This document shows positions 29,463 to 40,094 of a DNA stretch of 64,000 bases, piece by piece. Each line of letters opens with the position of its first letter. The first letter of the stretch is position 1. Under the pieces are notes generated by a model. The model did no database searches, was not told the DNA's origin, and saw only the letters and a list, made by a program, of their open reading frames with translations. Source of the stretch: Alphaproteobacteria bacterium. Its GTDB lineage: Bacteria; Pseudomonadota; Alphaproteobacteria; GM7ARS4; G965262615. Location of the stretch: positions 480,001-544,000 of the forward strand of contig OZ253545.1 in NCBI GenBank assembly GCA_965262615.1. Direction: 5' to 3'. The translations under genes and the position numbers were made by a program.

Positions 29463-31403
29463 ATGAGAAATGGCAATCACACATCGGCGTTGCTGGCGCA
29501 ATTGGACACCATTATTGAACGCCAGAAAAAGGCATTAGGAAAGCAACAAAAAAAGGATGGACACTGGGTCTATCGTTTGGAGGCGGATGTCACCGTTCCC
29601 GCCGATGTCATCTTCATGCATCATGTCATTGGCATTGCCGATGATGGCTTGCTGGAGCGCATTGCTCGCTACATTCGCCGCTGCCAGATGAAAGAGGGCG
29701 GCTGGGCATTGTTTCACGGCGGCGATTGTGACCTCACCGCCAGTGTGAAGGCGTATGTGGCGTTGAAGCTTGTGGGGGACAGCAAGGATGCCCCTCATAT
29801 GGAGCGGGCGCGTGATGCCATTGCAAAAGCGGGCGGTGTGATGAAGGCTCAAATTTTTGCTCGCATTCCGCTGGTGCTTTTTGGATTTCTTCCATGGCGG
29901 GCGATTCCTGTGTTGCCCGTGGAATGGATCTTTTTGCCGCGCTGGGCGCCTTTTCACTTGAGCAAGGTGTCCTACTGGTCGCGCGTGACCATTGTGCCGT
30001 TGATGATTTTGATGGCACTCAAACCCAAAGCCGCCAATCCCAACAATGTGACCATTGACGAATTGTTTAGCGTCTCTCCTCACAGCGTGAAGCGTTACAA
30101 TGTCAATACCACCGGCACGATTGTGGGGTATGTTCTGTTATTGATTGATGATTTTTTGCGTTTTTTAGAACCCATTGCGCCTCCTTTTTTAAGACGCATG
30201 GCGGTGCGCCGTGCCTTTCGCTGGTGTGTCGCCCATGCCAATGGCGTGGGGGGGCTTGGCGGCATTCTGCCGCCGATGGTGTATCTGGCGATGGTGTGTC
30301 ACTTTCTTGGGTTGCGCAATCACAAAGCCTACACAGAGACTTTGGAGGCAATCAGACTGCTCATCGTGGAGGGCGAGTATGAGGGTGAGGTGTTGTGTCA
30401 ATCGTGCGTCTCGCCGGTGTGGGACACCGGACTTGCCATGCATGCCCAATTGGAGGCGGGAGTCGCTACCGATGATTCTTCCATGCGTGAGGCGGCTTCA
30501 TGGCTGATGGAACGAGAGGTGCGCATCAAGGGGGATTGGGCAATTGGTCGCCCACAGCTGGCGGCGGGCGGTTGGGCGTTTCAATATCTCAATGACCACT
30601 ATCCCGATGTGGATGACACCGCCGTCGTGGCAATGGCTTTGGATCGCATGCAAGACCATCGCTATGAACCCGTCATTCGCCGCGCCGAGCAATGGATTCT
30701 CGGCATGCAAAGCCAGAGCGGCGGATGGGGAGCGTTTGAAGCCGACAATGACTATCAATACTTCAATCACATTCCATTCAATGACCACGGCGCGTTGCTT
30801 GACCCTCCCACAGCCGATGTCTCGGCGCGCTGCATCAGCTTTTTGGCACAGCGCGGGTATGATGTCGCCCATCCCGTCATGAAAAAAGCCATCGGCTATC
30901 TCAAAAAAGAGCAAGAAGATGATGGTTCGTGGTATGGACGATGGGGAACCAATTACATCTATGGCACATGGTCGGCAATCAGTGCGCTGGTGGCAGTCGG
31001 AGAGGATGCCGCCAGTGATGCCATGCGCCGTGCCGTCTCGTTTTTGTTGAACAGACAAAATGATGACGGCGGCTGGGGCGAGAGCTGCCGCAGCTATTGG
31101 CAAGAACAACGCAATGCACCCTGTCGCAGCACGCCGTCGCAAACATCATGGGCAATGCTGGGACTGATGAGCGCAGGTGAAATTGACAATCAAGCGGTGC
31201 AAGAGGGCATCGCGTATCTCATGGCGCGCGCCCCAAAAGATGGAGCTGACCGATGGCAAGAGGATGACTATACGGCTGTTGGATTTCCAAGGGTCTTCTA
31301 CTTGCGCTATCACGGCTACTCGGCGTATTTTCCGCTCTACGCACTGGCGCGCTACCGCCACATGACGACAAGCAACAGCGGAAATACGCTATACGGAATT
31401 TGA
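29463..31403 (+). CDS. shc: squalene-hopene cyclase
   Basis: SPVWDT, YPDVDDTA (DxDD), QW repeats, GFPRVFYLRYHGY. Confidence 0.97.
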   Translation: MRNGNHTSALLAQLDTIIERQKKALGKQQKKDGHWVYRLEADVTVPADVIFMHHVIGIADDGLLERIARYIRRCQMKEGGWALFHGGDCDLTASVKAYVALKLVGDSKDAPHMERARDAIAKAGGVMKAQIFARIPLVLFGFLPWRAIPVLPVEWIFLPRWAPFHLSKVSYWSRVTIVPLMILMALKPKAANPNNVTIDELFSVSPHSVKRYNVNTTGTIVGYVLLLIDDFLRFLEPIAPPFLRRMAVRRAFRWCVAHANGVGGLGGILPPMVYLAMVCHFLGLRNHKAYTETLEAIRLLIVEGEYEGEVLCQSCVSPVWDTGLAMHAQLEAGVATDDSSMREAASWLMEREVRIKGDWAIGRPQLAAGGWAFQYLNDHYPDVDDTAVVAMALDRMQDHRYEPVIRRAEQWILGMQSQSGGWGAFEADNDYQYFNHIPFNDHGALLDPPTADVSARCISFLAQRGYDVAHPVMKKAIGYLKKEQEDDGSWYGRWGTNYIYGTWSAISALVAVGEDAASDAMRRAVSFLLNRQNDDGGWGESCRSYWQEQRNAPCRSTPSQTSWAMLGLMSAGEIDNQAVQEGIAYLMARAPKDGADRWQEDDYTAVGFPRVFYLRYHGYSAYFPLYALARYRHMTTSNSGNTLYGI

Positions 31404-31608
31404 GAGAGTCTATAGTAGGAATTGTATCTGGTTATTTGTATCAATTGACAGCTTTTCAGCATGCACGGATTCGGAGCTAGTGAGGATAGAACTTTCGATT
31501 TTCAACATAGAATCGTTTATCTCGGTAATAACTGCACCGCTAGCACATTCTGGCAAAGCCAAGCACACCACAAACAAAGCACCCCCCTTTTTACAAAGCA
31601 AATGCAAA

Positions 31609-32649
31609 TTAAACAGGGCTATTTTGAAGGGGAACGGCTCTATTAATGGCTGTATTAACGGCTGTATTGACGGTTGTATTCACGGCTTTGAGGGAATCGG
31701 GCAGTTTGAAGACGACATTTTCTTCTTCGCCCTCCACAGGCACCATTTCAATTTTGCGATAGCGTCTCAGGGTGTCAATAAGCTCTTGCACCAGTTCATC
31801 GGGGGTGGATGCGCCGGAGGTGATTCCCACCGTTTCCACTCCTTGCAGCCACTCTTCTTTGAAGCGTGAGCAATCTTCCACCAGGTGACTCACCACTCCG
31901 CTTTGCAAGCCAATTTCTTTGAGGCGATTGGAGTTGGAGCTGTTGTGTGCCCCCACCACAAGTAACAGGTCAATCTTTTCGGCGACATGGCGCACCGCAC
32001 TTTGACGATTTTGTGTGGCGTAGCAAATATCCTTGACATCAGGGCCAATGATTTCGGGGAATCGTTTTTTGAGGGCATCAATGACTTCTCGGGTGTCATC
32101 CACCGAGAGTGTGGTTTGGCTGATGTAGGCGAGTTTTTTCTCATTTTTGACGGTGAGGCGTTCCACATCATTGACATCGGAGACCAAATAGACATCGCCA
32201 TGAATGCGTCCCATCGTTCCCTCCACTTCGGGATGCCCTTCGTGTCCGATGAGAATGACTTCGTAATTGTGCTCGGCATACCTTTGTCCTTCCTTGTGGA
32301 CTTTGGCGACCAGAGGGCATGTGGCATCCAGCACGGGCAGTGCGCGCACATGGGCGGCGTTTTCTATTTTTTCGGCAACGCCGTGGGCACTGAAAATGGT
32401 GACACCGCCATCGGGGATTTCATCCAGTTCTTCCACAAAGACGGCGCCTTTTTTGCGCAGCGTCTCCACCACCCGTTTGTTATGGACGATTTCATGACGC
32501 ACATAGACGGGCGCACCGTATTTGGCAAGGGCGCGCTCCACGATTTCAATGGCGCGCTCCACGCCAGCACAAAAGCCGCGCGGCTGTGCCAACATGACCT
32601 TTAACACGGCGTTTTTGGTGTTTGTCTTGGTTTTTGTCTCGTCAAGCAT
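31609..32649 (-). CDS. ispH: 4-hydroxy-3-methylbut-2-enyl diphosphate reductase
   Basis: [45 protein letters not shown]. Confidence 0.96.
   Translation of the reverse strand: MLDETKTKTNTKNAVLKVMLAQPRGFCAGVERAIEIVERALAKYGAPVYVRHEIVHNKRVVETLRKKGAVFVEELDEIPDGGVTIFSAHGVAEKIENAAHVRALPVLDATCPLVAKVHKEGQRYAEHNYEVILIGHEGHPEVEGTMGRIHGDVYLVSDVNDVERLTVKNEKKLAYISQTTLSVDDTREVIDALKKRFPEIIGPDVKDICYATQNRQSAVRHVAEKIDLLLVVGAHNSSNSNRLKEIGLQSGVVSHLVEDCSRFKEEWLQGVETVGITSGASTPDELVQELIDTLRRYRKIEMVPVEGEEENVVFKLPDSLKAVNTTVNTAVNTAINRAVPLQNSPV
31641..31688. repeat. four degenerate 12-bp tandem repeats in the ispH 3' end
   Basis: TATTAATGGCTG/TATTAACGGCTG/TATTGACGGTTG/TATTCACGGCTT encode [15 protein letters not shown]. 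Confidence 0.8.
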
Positions 32650-32691
32650 AGGCCGCCATCATGATGTCACCGCTTCCATAAGTCAACCGTT

Positions 32692-35490
32692 TTACCTGTT
32701 GGCTTTTTTCTTTTTTTGGGGCGGCTGTATCAGTTGCTGAAAGTTTTCCCATCGGCTTTGTTTCCTTCCTTTGGGTGATTTTTTGATAGCCTGCCAGCGG
32801 TCGTGAATGTTCATGAGTGCGGGCAGGAGCACAAGGGAGGCGATGATTGCCAGACTCAAAGCCACAAACAGCATGATTCCCATGCTGGCGGCACCACGAT
32901 GGGAAGACACCGCCAGAGACCCAAAGGAGGCAATGGAGGTCATGGCGCTATAAAAAATGGCTCTGGGTGTGGCGGTGTTAATGAGTGTGGTCACATTATT
33001 GACGGCGCGCCACCGCCACACCAGATAGATGCCGTAGGACACGCCCAAGCTAAATAGCAACGGCAGGGCAATCAGATTGGCGTAATTGAGGGGGATGTGA
33101 ATTGCCACCGACACGCCGATGGTGATGCACGCCGCCAGCACCAGAGGCATAAAGACAAAGAGGACATCTCGTCCTCGCCGCAGCGATGTGAGCAAAATGA
33201 GAAAAACGCACAGCACGGCAATCAACCCTGCTTGCTCAAAGGCATCAATGACGGTGCGTCCGCCTTCCACCATCAAGATGGAGCCTCCTGTGGCGTAGGA
33301 AATTTTGTTGCGAACGGAGTCGGTAAAATTTGCCAGCTCGGCTGTTTCATTGGGCGCGGTGGCATGAGGATAGACCGTCACCAGGGTGCGTCCACTGCGG
33401 TCTATATAACGCGCTTTGACCGATTCGGGAAGATAAGCGAGATTTTTTGCGACCAAACGCTCATCAGGCAGAAGGGAGTCGTGAACAAGATCAACCGCCC
33501 GCTGCAAGCCCTTGGTGGCGATGGGAGCGTAATTTTTGAGATAGCGGGTACTGGCTTCATCATCGGGGATGAGTCGTTCCAGCTTGTTGAGCAAAAGGCG
33601 CGCGCCGGGCCAAGTTTCTTGCCTTTGCGTTGCCAGAAAGCGTGCCAAATGATTGCGAAAGATGATGGCATGGTCTAGTCGCTCTTGGTCGGTTTCACTG
33701 TCCAGTTGTTGCGCTCTGGTAAGGGAAGGCAGAATAATCAATGCGGTGTCTTGCACGGATTCCAGTTTAGGCTGCACATTGCGCGGCAGGAATGCTTCTG
33801 GAGTCTCGGCGCGTGCCACATGGTCTTGTTTTTGCATCATATGAGCCACCCGTTGGGCTTCATTGGGAGACTCCGTGAGGATGGAGGCGGCATACGCTTC
33901 GGAATTATCGGAGCGAATCAATGCGCGCGCCAGACGCATGGAGGGAGAGTCCGGGTCACGCAGATTGAAGGGATCGGCATCAAAATGATAGTTGGGGAAG
34001 GTGGCAATGCTTGCCAAAAAGCACAGTCCCGCAATTGATAAGATGCGGGTGTCATGTTTGATGATGATGGGGGCAAGCAGAGGGAATCCCATATTTTCAA
34101 TGGGTCTTTGCTTCATGTCGTGCACCCATCCGAAGGTGGGGCTGAGGATGCGAATGAATGCCGGCAACAAAGTGAAGCTATTGATGAGGGCGATGAGCAA
34201 TCCGCCTGCGGCGATGATTCCCAGTTCTGACAATCCCACATAGCTGGTGGGGACAAAGGCGAGGAATCCGCTCGTTCCCGCAAGAGCGGCAAGAAGCAAC
34301 GGGACTCTGAGTTTGCGGGCGGCGACAATGATGGCAAGCTCATCGTTGTTGGTTTTATGAAGGGCTTCGCGAAAGGCGAGGCAAAACTGGATGCAAAAAT
34401 CCACCCCAATGCCAATAAACAGGACAGCAAATGCCACCGAAATAATATTGAGTTGTCCCACCGCCCAGGTGGCAAAGGCGGCGGTTTCTGCGAGTCCCAG
34501 TAACAGGGTCACCATTGTGGCGAGGAAGAGTCTCCAGTTTCCCAGCCCACGAATCACGAGCCATCCCACAAGGATAAAGGCGAGTGCGCCGGCGAGGCTT
34601 GCGCCGAACACGGCGGCTTGCTTTTCTTCTTCCTCCAGCATGACGCTCCCTGTGAAGCCGATGGTGAGACTGTCATCGTACTGTGCCGCCACCTCATCAC
34701 GAATGGCGTGCAGGGTGGAGATCGTTCTCTGAGCGGGGCGCAGAGATTCGTAATCCAGCATTGGTTTGAGAGCGATAATGACGCGGCGTTCTTCGCGCGT
34801 TTCAGGTTTGCCACTGATATGTTCGCGCCAAGAAATGTAGGCGGTTTCTTTGCGGCTGTGGCGACTTAATGATTCCGACATTGCCGTGAAAATTTTATCA
34901 ATCAGGGGTGTCTCTTCCAACGGGATGGCGCGCGCCTCAACGGCTTGCAGGGTTAAAGAAAAGGAACGAAATAAGCCGCGCAAGGAGGGATCATTGTACA
35001 GGGTGGTCAGCAGTGGCTGTCCTTCAATCAGATTGTCGGTCACTTTGATGACATCATCATTTTCAAGATACAAAAGGGCATTGCGGGTGAAAAAGGAGTC
35101 GGTGCTCGCGCTCAAAATGTGATCGAACAAGGCGGGATATTGTTTTAATTTGTCCACAAAGCGGGCGGCGGCATCGTGGGAAATGCTGGAGGAATCGCCT
35201 TCAATCACCACCACGAGATCATCTTCTCGCGCAGGCAGAGCCGACTTCATCACCATGTCTGACTGGCGAAAATCAAGATCGCGCGACAGCATCTCGGCGG
35301 TGGAGGTGTTAATGCTGAGGTTGGTAAAGGCGTAGTCGCCACCAATGATGAGTCCCAGAAAGCCAAATTGCAAAAAGGTGATGGCATAGCGAAAGGTCAC
35401 CAAAGACACAATGCCGGTAATTCCTAAGCGAGGAAATGAATGGCGTGACCGACGCTTATCGCCTGAGGGACTTTTTTTTTTGCTTATCAT
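32692..35490 (-). CDS. hpnN: hopanoid transporter HpnN (MMPL/RND family)
   Basis: LNIISVAFAVLFIGIGVDF, FVPTSYVGLSELGIIA, SFGSLAVSSHRG; hopanoid context. Confidence 0.9.
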   Translation of the reverse strand: MISKKKSPSGDKRRSRHSFPRLGITGIVSLVTFRYAITFLQFGFLGLIIGGDYAFTNLSINTSTAEMLSRDLDFRQSDMVMKSALPAREDDLVVVIEGDSSSISHDAAARFVDKLKQYPALFDHILSASTDSFFTRNALLYLENDDVIKVTDNLIEGQPLLTTLYNDPSLRGLFRSFSLTLQAVEARAIPLEETPLIDKIFTAMSESLSRHSRKETAYISWREHISGKPETREERRVIIALKPMLDYESLRPAQRTISTLHAIRDEVAAQYDDSLTIGFTGSVMLEEEEKQAAVFGASLAGALAFILVGWLVIRGLGNWRLFLATMVTLLLGLAETAAFATWAVGQLNIISVAFAVLFIGIGVDFCIQFCLAFREALHKTNNDELAIIVAARKLRVPLLLAALAGTSGFLAFVPTSYVGLSELGIIAAGGLLIALINSFTLLPAFIRILSPTFGWVHDMKQRPIENMGFPLLAPIIIKHDTRILSIAGLCFLASIATFPNYHFDADPFNLRDPDSPSMRLARALIRSDNSEAYAASILTESPNEAQRVAHMMQKQDHVARAETPEAFLPRNVQPKLESVQDTALIILPSLTRAQQLDSETDQERLDHAIIFRNHLARFLATQRQETWPGARLLLNKLERLIPDDEASTRYLKNYAPIATKGLQRAVDLVHDSLLPDERLVAKNLAYLPESVKARYIDRSGRTLVTVYPHATAPNETAELANFTDSVRNKISYATGGSILMVEGGRTVIDAFEQAGLIAVLCVFLILLTSLRRGRDVLFVFMPLVLAACITIGVSVAIHIPLNYANLIALPLLFSLGVSYGIYLVWRWRAVNNVTTLINTATPRAIFYSAMTSIASFGSLAVSSHRGAASMGIMLFVALSLAIIASLVLLPALMNIHDRWQAIKKSPKGRKQSRWENFQQLIQPPQKKKKANR

Positions 35491-35542
35491 GGTTTATGAT
35501 ACAGTGACATTCGTTACCGCAAAACGCGAGAGGAGAGTATAA

Positions 35543-36175
35543 GTGAGATATAAAACAAAAGCAAATGGGATTTTTCTGCATGCCATTGCCTTTTTGGTGT
35601 CGTTGATGATGGTGACTGATGGGCATGCCAATGATCGGGCGCGAGCGATGGAGCGCGTCACGATTTTTCATGGGTATTTGCTCGCCATGCTGAATGGTGA
35701 CGGCGGCGCGGGGTTTGAAAGCCGTTATATTTACTTAGAGCCGAAGGTGGCGGAGACATTTCATATTCCGACGATGGCGGCTCGTGTGAGCGGACGCGCC
35801 GGTAAAAAGGCATCAGAAGCCACCATTCGTCAATTTGAGCAGGCGTTTTTGGGATTCACCGTTGCTAACTACATCGTCAATTTTAAAAATTTTGAGGGAC
35901 AAAGTTTTGAGACTCTGGGCGCAGAGCTGGTGCGCAGTGGGGATGCCATTCGGGTGCAAACGGTGCTCAAGACGGGCCAAAAGAATGTGCGCTTGGATTA
36001 TATCATGGAGTCACGAGGATTTGGTTGGCAGGTGGTGGATATTTTGCTGGAGGGAAATATTAGTGAAGTCACGCGGCGCGCGGCTGAATTTCGCAAAATT
36101 TTGCGCGCCAGTGGCTTAGAAGGACTCACGGTCGCCCTGAGGGAAAAGGGGCTGATGATGCAAAGTCAGTTTTAG
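35543..36175 (+). CDS. hpnM: HpnM/MlaC-like periplasmic lipid-binding protein
   Basis: Signal peptide; LDY, WQVVDILLEGNISE..RRAAEF; divergent from hpnN. Confidence 0.8.
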   Translation: MRYKTKANGIFLHAIAFLVSLMMVTDGHANDRARAMERVTIFHGYLLAMLNGDGGAGFESRYIYLEPKVAETFHIPTMAARVSGRAGKKASEATIRQFEQAFLGFTVANYIVNFKNFEGQSFETLGAELVRSGDAIRVQTVLKTGQKNVRLDYIMESRGFGWQVVDILLEGNISEVTRRAAEFRKILRASGLEGLTVALREKGLMMQSQF

Positions 36176-37263
36176 CGGCGGGCGTATTGTGCGACCGCTT
36201 GCAAGAAGCGGTGAATGTCTTGGGAGGTAATTGCACCAATGCAGCCGACGCGAAAAGTGTCGGCTTTGGTGGATGCCCCGTGATAAATGATGAAGCCCTC
36301 TTGTCGCAGGGCGTGATAAAAATCATCAAAATCAAACGGGGCATGAGGATAGCGCGCCGCCACAATCATGGGTGACTGGTGACACTCTTTGATGTAGGGA
36401 GCATATCCCAACTGAGCCAAACCATGGCGCAATTGCTGGCAGTTTTGCCGATAGCGGGCGTGGCGAGCGGCGCGTCCGCCTTCTTGCTGCAGGCGATGGA
36501 GGGCATGATGAAGGGCTGCCATCACCTGAACGGGCGGCGTGAAGCGAAACTGTTGTTTTTCCTCCAACAGCCGATGCTGTGCCTTGAGATTCAACACCAG
36601 CGATGGCGGTGAGGCACATCTTTGCAAAAGAGGGCGATGACTGATGACAAAGGCAATGCCGGGAACGCCTTCCAACCCCTTGTTGCTGGAGGCGACCAGT
36701 GCGCCGATGGCATGGTCTTGCATGTCAATGGGTTCAATGGCGAAGCTGCTCATGGCATCAATCAGAGCAATGACATCATGACGGCGCGCCACAGTGCAGA
36801 GTTCAGCCAGAGGATTGAGCAAGGATGTGGAGGTTTCACAATGCACAAACACCACATGACTGATGGATGGATGGCGGGTGAGATAATCATTCAAGCTATG
36901 AGGGGAAAGAGGTTTGTCATCGGGCAACAGGAGGGCATCATGTTTCAGTGTGAGGTGTTGGGCGATGGTGATGAGGCGATTGCCGTACGCGCCATTGCTC
37001 ATGATGAGCACATGATGGGCATTGCCAACAAAACAGGTGAGCATGGCTTCCAGAGCAAAAGTGCCACTGCCTTGCATCAGGGTGGTGGGATAGTGGGTGT
37101 GGTGTTTGGCGTTATTTTCCAGAGCCAGAGCCGACAGCTGCGTGCGGCATTGCTCAACGATGGCGGTAAAGGCGGGGTCTCGTGAGCCGTAATCCGTGGT
37201 CATGGCATGGCGCACATCGGGATGAGTGGTGAGAGGTCCTGGGGTGAGCAAGATGGCGGTCAT
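36172..37263 (-). CDS. phnW: 2-aminoethylphosphonate-pyruvate transaminase (class V PLP enzyme)
   Basis: LLTPGPLTT, QGSGTF, NGAYG, HCETST, DAMSSF, SSNKGLEGVPG, RFTPP. Confidence 0.88.
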   Translation of the reverse strand: MTAILLTPGPLTTHPDVRHAMTTDYGSRDPAFTAIVEQCRTQLSALALENNAKHHTHYPTTLMQGSGTFALEAMLTCFVGNAHHVLIMSNGAYGNRLITIAQHLTLKHDALLLPDDKPLSPHSLNDYLTRHPSISHVVFVHCETSTSLLNPLAELCTVARRHDVIALIDAMSSFAIEPIDMQDHAIGALVASSNKGLEGVPGIAFVISHRPLLQRCASPPSLVLNLKAQHRLLEEKQQFRFTPPVQVMAALHHALHRLQQEGGRAARHARYRQNCQQLRHGLAQLGYAPYIKECHQSPMIVAARYPHAPFDFDDFYHALRQEGFIIYHGASTKADTFRVGCIGAITSQDIHRFLQAVAQYARR

Positions 37264-37343
37264 GGAGCAGTGATGCAATGGGGCGGCGAGATTTGTCAAG
37301 TTGTTCTTGCCTTGTCACTGCCATTCGTGTAAAGAGGCGGGAG

Positions 37344-37426
37344 GCGGGCGTGGCGGAATTGGTAGACGCGTCGGCCTTAGAAGCCGATGGCTTTGAGTCG
37401 TGGGGGTTCAAGTCCCTCCGCCCGCA
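37344..37426 (+). tRNA. tRNA-Leu(TAG)
   Basis: Acceptor GCGGGCG/CGCCCGC, D arm TGGCGGAATTGGTAGACGC, anticodon arm TCGGC-CTTAGAA-GCCGA, long variable arm, GGTTCAAGTCC; CCA not encoded; usual site upstream of tig. Confidence 0.95.
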
Positions 37427-37463
37427 CAGATGCACAAAGGCACAAATTCATAAAGGAACACCC

Positions 37464-38768
37464 ATGAACGCCCTCACCAATGATAGCCACATTGAGGAAC
37501 TGCATGCTGAGCAGGGCACGCAAAAGGGGGAGCGCGCATTTCGCGTCACGATCAAAAGCGAGGTACTTGTGGCACTTTATGAGCGGCAACTGGAACACAA
37601 GGCGCGCCATGCTGCCATCAAGGGATTCAGACCGGGAAAAGCACCGATGGAGCAGGTTGAAAAGCAGTGGGGTGCGTCGGTGCGAGATGATGCCATTCGC
37701 ACACTGCTCAATGACCATGTGCGCTTGTTGGTGGAGAAATTTTCTCTTGACTTCATTCACTCCCCTCAGGTTGACATGGAAGGGTCAGATACCGACACGA
37801 CGATTGTTTTTCGGGTTTGTTTTTTCATTTATCCCGATATTGCCGAGCCGTCATGGAAGGATATGACCATTGAGCGCGCGGTGTATCAAGTGGGAGAGCA
37901 TGATATCAGTCAGGCATTGAAGCGGATGGCTGAGGCGCGGCGGCAATTTGCATCCAGTGGCAAGGGGGCGGCGACAGGCGATCGGGTGGTGCTGGATTTT
38001 GACATCACTGTCAATGGTGTGGCATTTGAAGGCGGCAGTGCCAAGCAGGTGACGGTCACACTGGGCGAGGCAGAACCCATCAAGGGGCTGCATGGCGCAT
38101 TAAATGGCGTGAGCAAGGGGGCGGTATTGCATTTGGATGCGCCACTGCCTGATTTTTTCGGGGCAGAGATGGCGGGACAAAAGGGGCGTTTTGCCATCAG
38201 CGTCACGGATGTTTTGTCGGCGCCGCCCATTATTGTCAATGATGCCACCGCCCAGCAATGGGGATGCAAGGACAGAGAAGATCTCAAACAAAGAGTGAAG
38301 CAATCATTAGAGCAAGAAGCCACGCGAGTGGCAAAGCAGCGCGCCGCGGCTCAACTGATTGAAAAATTAGAAGCGGCTTTGGATTTTCCCTTGTCCGAGC
38401 GCATCATTGAAAAAGAAATTCGCTCGGTGCAAAAGGAAGAGGAGCAGACGCAGCCCATCAGCAATGAGATGAAACAACAAGCCGCGTCGCGCCTTCGGCT
38501 GACGATGGCGGTCTCGCAGCTGGCAAAAAAAAATGATATTGTGATTGAAGACACTCATATTGATCAAGCCTTGCGGGTGGAGGCATCACGCTATGGCGAG
38601 CAGCAAGAACAGGTCTTTAAGAAATTGGCAAAAGATGATGCCATTCGTCAGCGTATGCGCTATGCTCTGTTGGAGAGTCAGGTGTGTGCGTGGGCATTGG
38701 ACAAGGTGACAATCACCAATGTGAATCGTCCGTTTGCTCGGCTTTATGACCATCAGGAGGCGACATGA
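37464..38768 (+). CDS. tig: trigger factor
   Basis: [10 protein letters not shown] ribosome-binding motif, FKBP-like [12 protein letters not shown]; AAGGA upstream. Confidence 0.92.
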   Translation: MNALTNDSHIEELHAEQGTQKGERAFRVTIKSEVLVALYERQLEHKARHAAIKGFRPGKAPMEQVEKQWGASVRDDAIRTLLNDHVRLLVEKFSLDFIHSPQVDMEGSDTDTTIVFRVCFFIYPDIAEPSWKDMTIERAVYQVGEHDISQALKRMAEARRQFASSGKGAATGDRVVLDFDITVNGVAFEGGSAKQVTVTLGEAEPIKGLHGALNGVSKGAVLHLDAPLPDFFGAEMAGQKGRFAISVTDVLSAPPIIVNDATAQQWGCKDREDLKQRVKQSLEQEATRVAKQRAAAQLIEKLEAALDFPLSERIIEKEIRSVQKEEEQTQPISNEMKQQAASRLRLTMAVSQLAKKNDIVIEDTHIDQALRVEASRYGEQQEQVFKKLAKDDAIRQRMRYALLESQVCAWALDKVTITNVNRPFARLYDHQEAT

Positions 38769-39418
38769 CCAAAGACCACATAACCAAAGACCACATAACC
38801 ATGAATGCTCTTGTGCCAATGGTGGTAGAGCAGACCGCACGCGGCGAGCGAGCCTATGATATTTTCTCCCGCCTGCTCAAGGAGCGTATTATTTTTCTGA
38901 CCGGTGTGATTCACGATGATGTGGCATCATTGATTTGTGCCCAGTTGTTGTTTTTGGAGTCGGAGCATCCCAAACGGGACATCGCGTTTTATATCAATTC
39001 GCCAGGGGGGTCGGTGACGGCGGGTCTCGCCATCTATGACACGATGCAATATGTCCATTGTGATATTTCCACTTTGTGCATTGGACAGGCGGCGAGCATG
39101 GGGTCATTGTTGCTGACGGCGGGCGCGAAGGGCAAGCGGTATGTTTTGCCTCACAGTCGCTTGATGATTCATCAGCCATCGGGGGGAGCGAGCGGTCAGG
39201 CGGCGGACATTGCCATTCATGCACAGGAAATTCTGGCGATGCGGGACAAAATCAATCGCTTGTATGTGCATCATTCGGGACAGTCGCTGAAAAAAATTGA
39301 GCAATTGATGGACCGAGACACATTCCTCTCACCGCAAGAGGGCAAGGAACTGGGGCTTGTGGATAAAGTGGTCACCAGCCGTCCGTCATTGGGAAGCGGT
39401 GAAGACAGCAAGAAATGA
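38765..39418 (+). CDS. clpP: ATP-dependent Clp protease proteolytic subunit
   Basis: [37 protein letters not shown]; conserved start probably 38801. Confidence 0.96.
   Translation: MTKDHITKDHITMNALVPMVVEQTARGERAYDIFSRLLKERIIFLTGVIHDDVASLICAQLLFLESEHPKRDIAFYINSPGGSVTAGLAIYDTMQYVHCDISTLCIGQAASMGSLLLTAGAKGKRYVLPHSRLMIHQPSGGASGQAADIAIHAQEILAMRDKINRLYVHHSGQSLKKIEQLMDRDTFLSPQEGKELGLVDKVVTSRPSLGSGEDSKK
38768..38800 (+). repeat. exact 15-bp tandem duplication at the clpP 5' end
   Basis: ACCAAAGACCACATA x2 followed by ACC. Confidence 0.9.
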
Positions 39419-39438
39419 AAATAATTTGATACACCATT

Positions 39439-39457
39439 GAATTTTGACACAAAATTC
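39439..39457. promoter_or_regulatory. palindromic operator-like site (second copy 39803-39821)
   Basis: GAATTTTG-ACA-CAAAATTC perfect 8-3-8 inverted repeat; copy 2 is GAATTTTG-GCA-CAAAATTA. Confidence 0.6.
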
Positions 39458-39495
39458 GTTAGTTTATGTGCACAACCCAACAAGGAAGGATTACC

Positions 39496-39726
39496 ATGTC
39501 ACAATCAGATAAAGTCACTGAGGCTCTGCGTTTGATGGAACTTCACAGGGGGAGAAGAGTGTCCAAAGAGGAGTTGAGAAAGCAGGCGTTTGAGCTTGCG
39601 GCTGCCATAAGCCGTCAGACTGGTGACCCAGGTGCGACAGCCGAAAATGTTGAGGCTGCTTGGCTGGCTCATGAGCGTGAGGAAAAAATCAAATCAGAGA
39701 GATTAAAAAAAGCCGCTCATGGTTGA
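39496..39726 (+). CDS. small protein, putative Fic-associated antitoxin copy 1
   Basis: AAGGA RBS; paralog of 39867-40094 (KVxEALRLxEL, SxEELRxQA). Confidence 0.65.
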   Translation: MSQSDKVTEALRLMELHRGRRVSKEELRKQAFELAAAISRQTGDPGATAENVEAAWLAHEREEKIKSERLKKAAHG

Positions 39727-39866
39727 TGAGATGGTCACCAGTCGACCGTCATTGAGAGGCAGTGAGGAAAGAAAGAAGTGAAAAATACTTTAATACACCC
39801 TTGAATTTTGGCACAAAATTAGTTATGTTGCATGTCCGTGTAACCATAACGAATGAAGAGGACACC

Positions 39867-40094
39867 ATGGCAACATCAAAGAAAGTCGCTGAAGCTCTGC
39901 GTTTGATAGAACTTCGCAAGGGGGAGACTATGTCCGAGGAGGAGTTGAGAAGGCAGGCGATTGATATCACTGTCGCCGAATGTCATCACTCTGGTGATAC
40001 GAGCGCGACAGCCGCAAGCATTGAACATGTCTTGCAGATTAAAGAAGACGCAAGAACCAACTCGGAAAGAGCAAAAGAGGACGTTCATGGTTGA
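39867..40094 (+). CDS. small protein, putative Fic-associated antitoxin copy 2
   Basis: GAGG RBS; overlaps the Fic start by 8 nt. Confidence 0.7.
   Translation: MATSKKVAEALRLIELRKGETMSEEELRRQAIDITVAECHHSGDTSATAASIEHVLQIKEDARTNSERAKEDVHG

Noticed and set aside
31410-31607. 65-aa AT-rich ORF downstream of ispH, possibly a decayed exported protein
   Set aside because: No recognisable motif or RBS; cannot be supported
37344-37426. tRNA-Leu as an island integration site
   Set aside because: No duplicated tRNA 3' end noticed, and tig follows directly
37278-37463. N-terminal extension of tig in the ORF track
   Set aside because: It overlaps tRNA-Leu; the start with an RBS is at 37464
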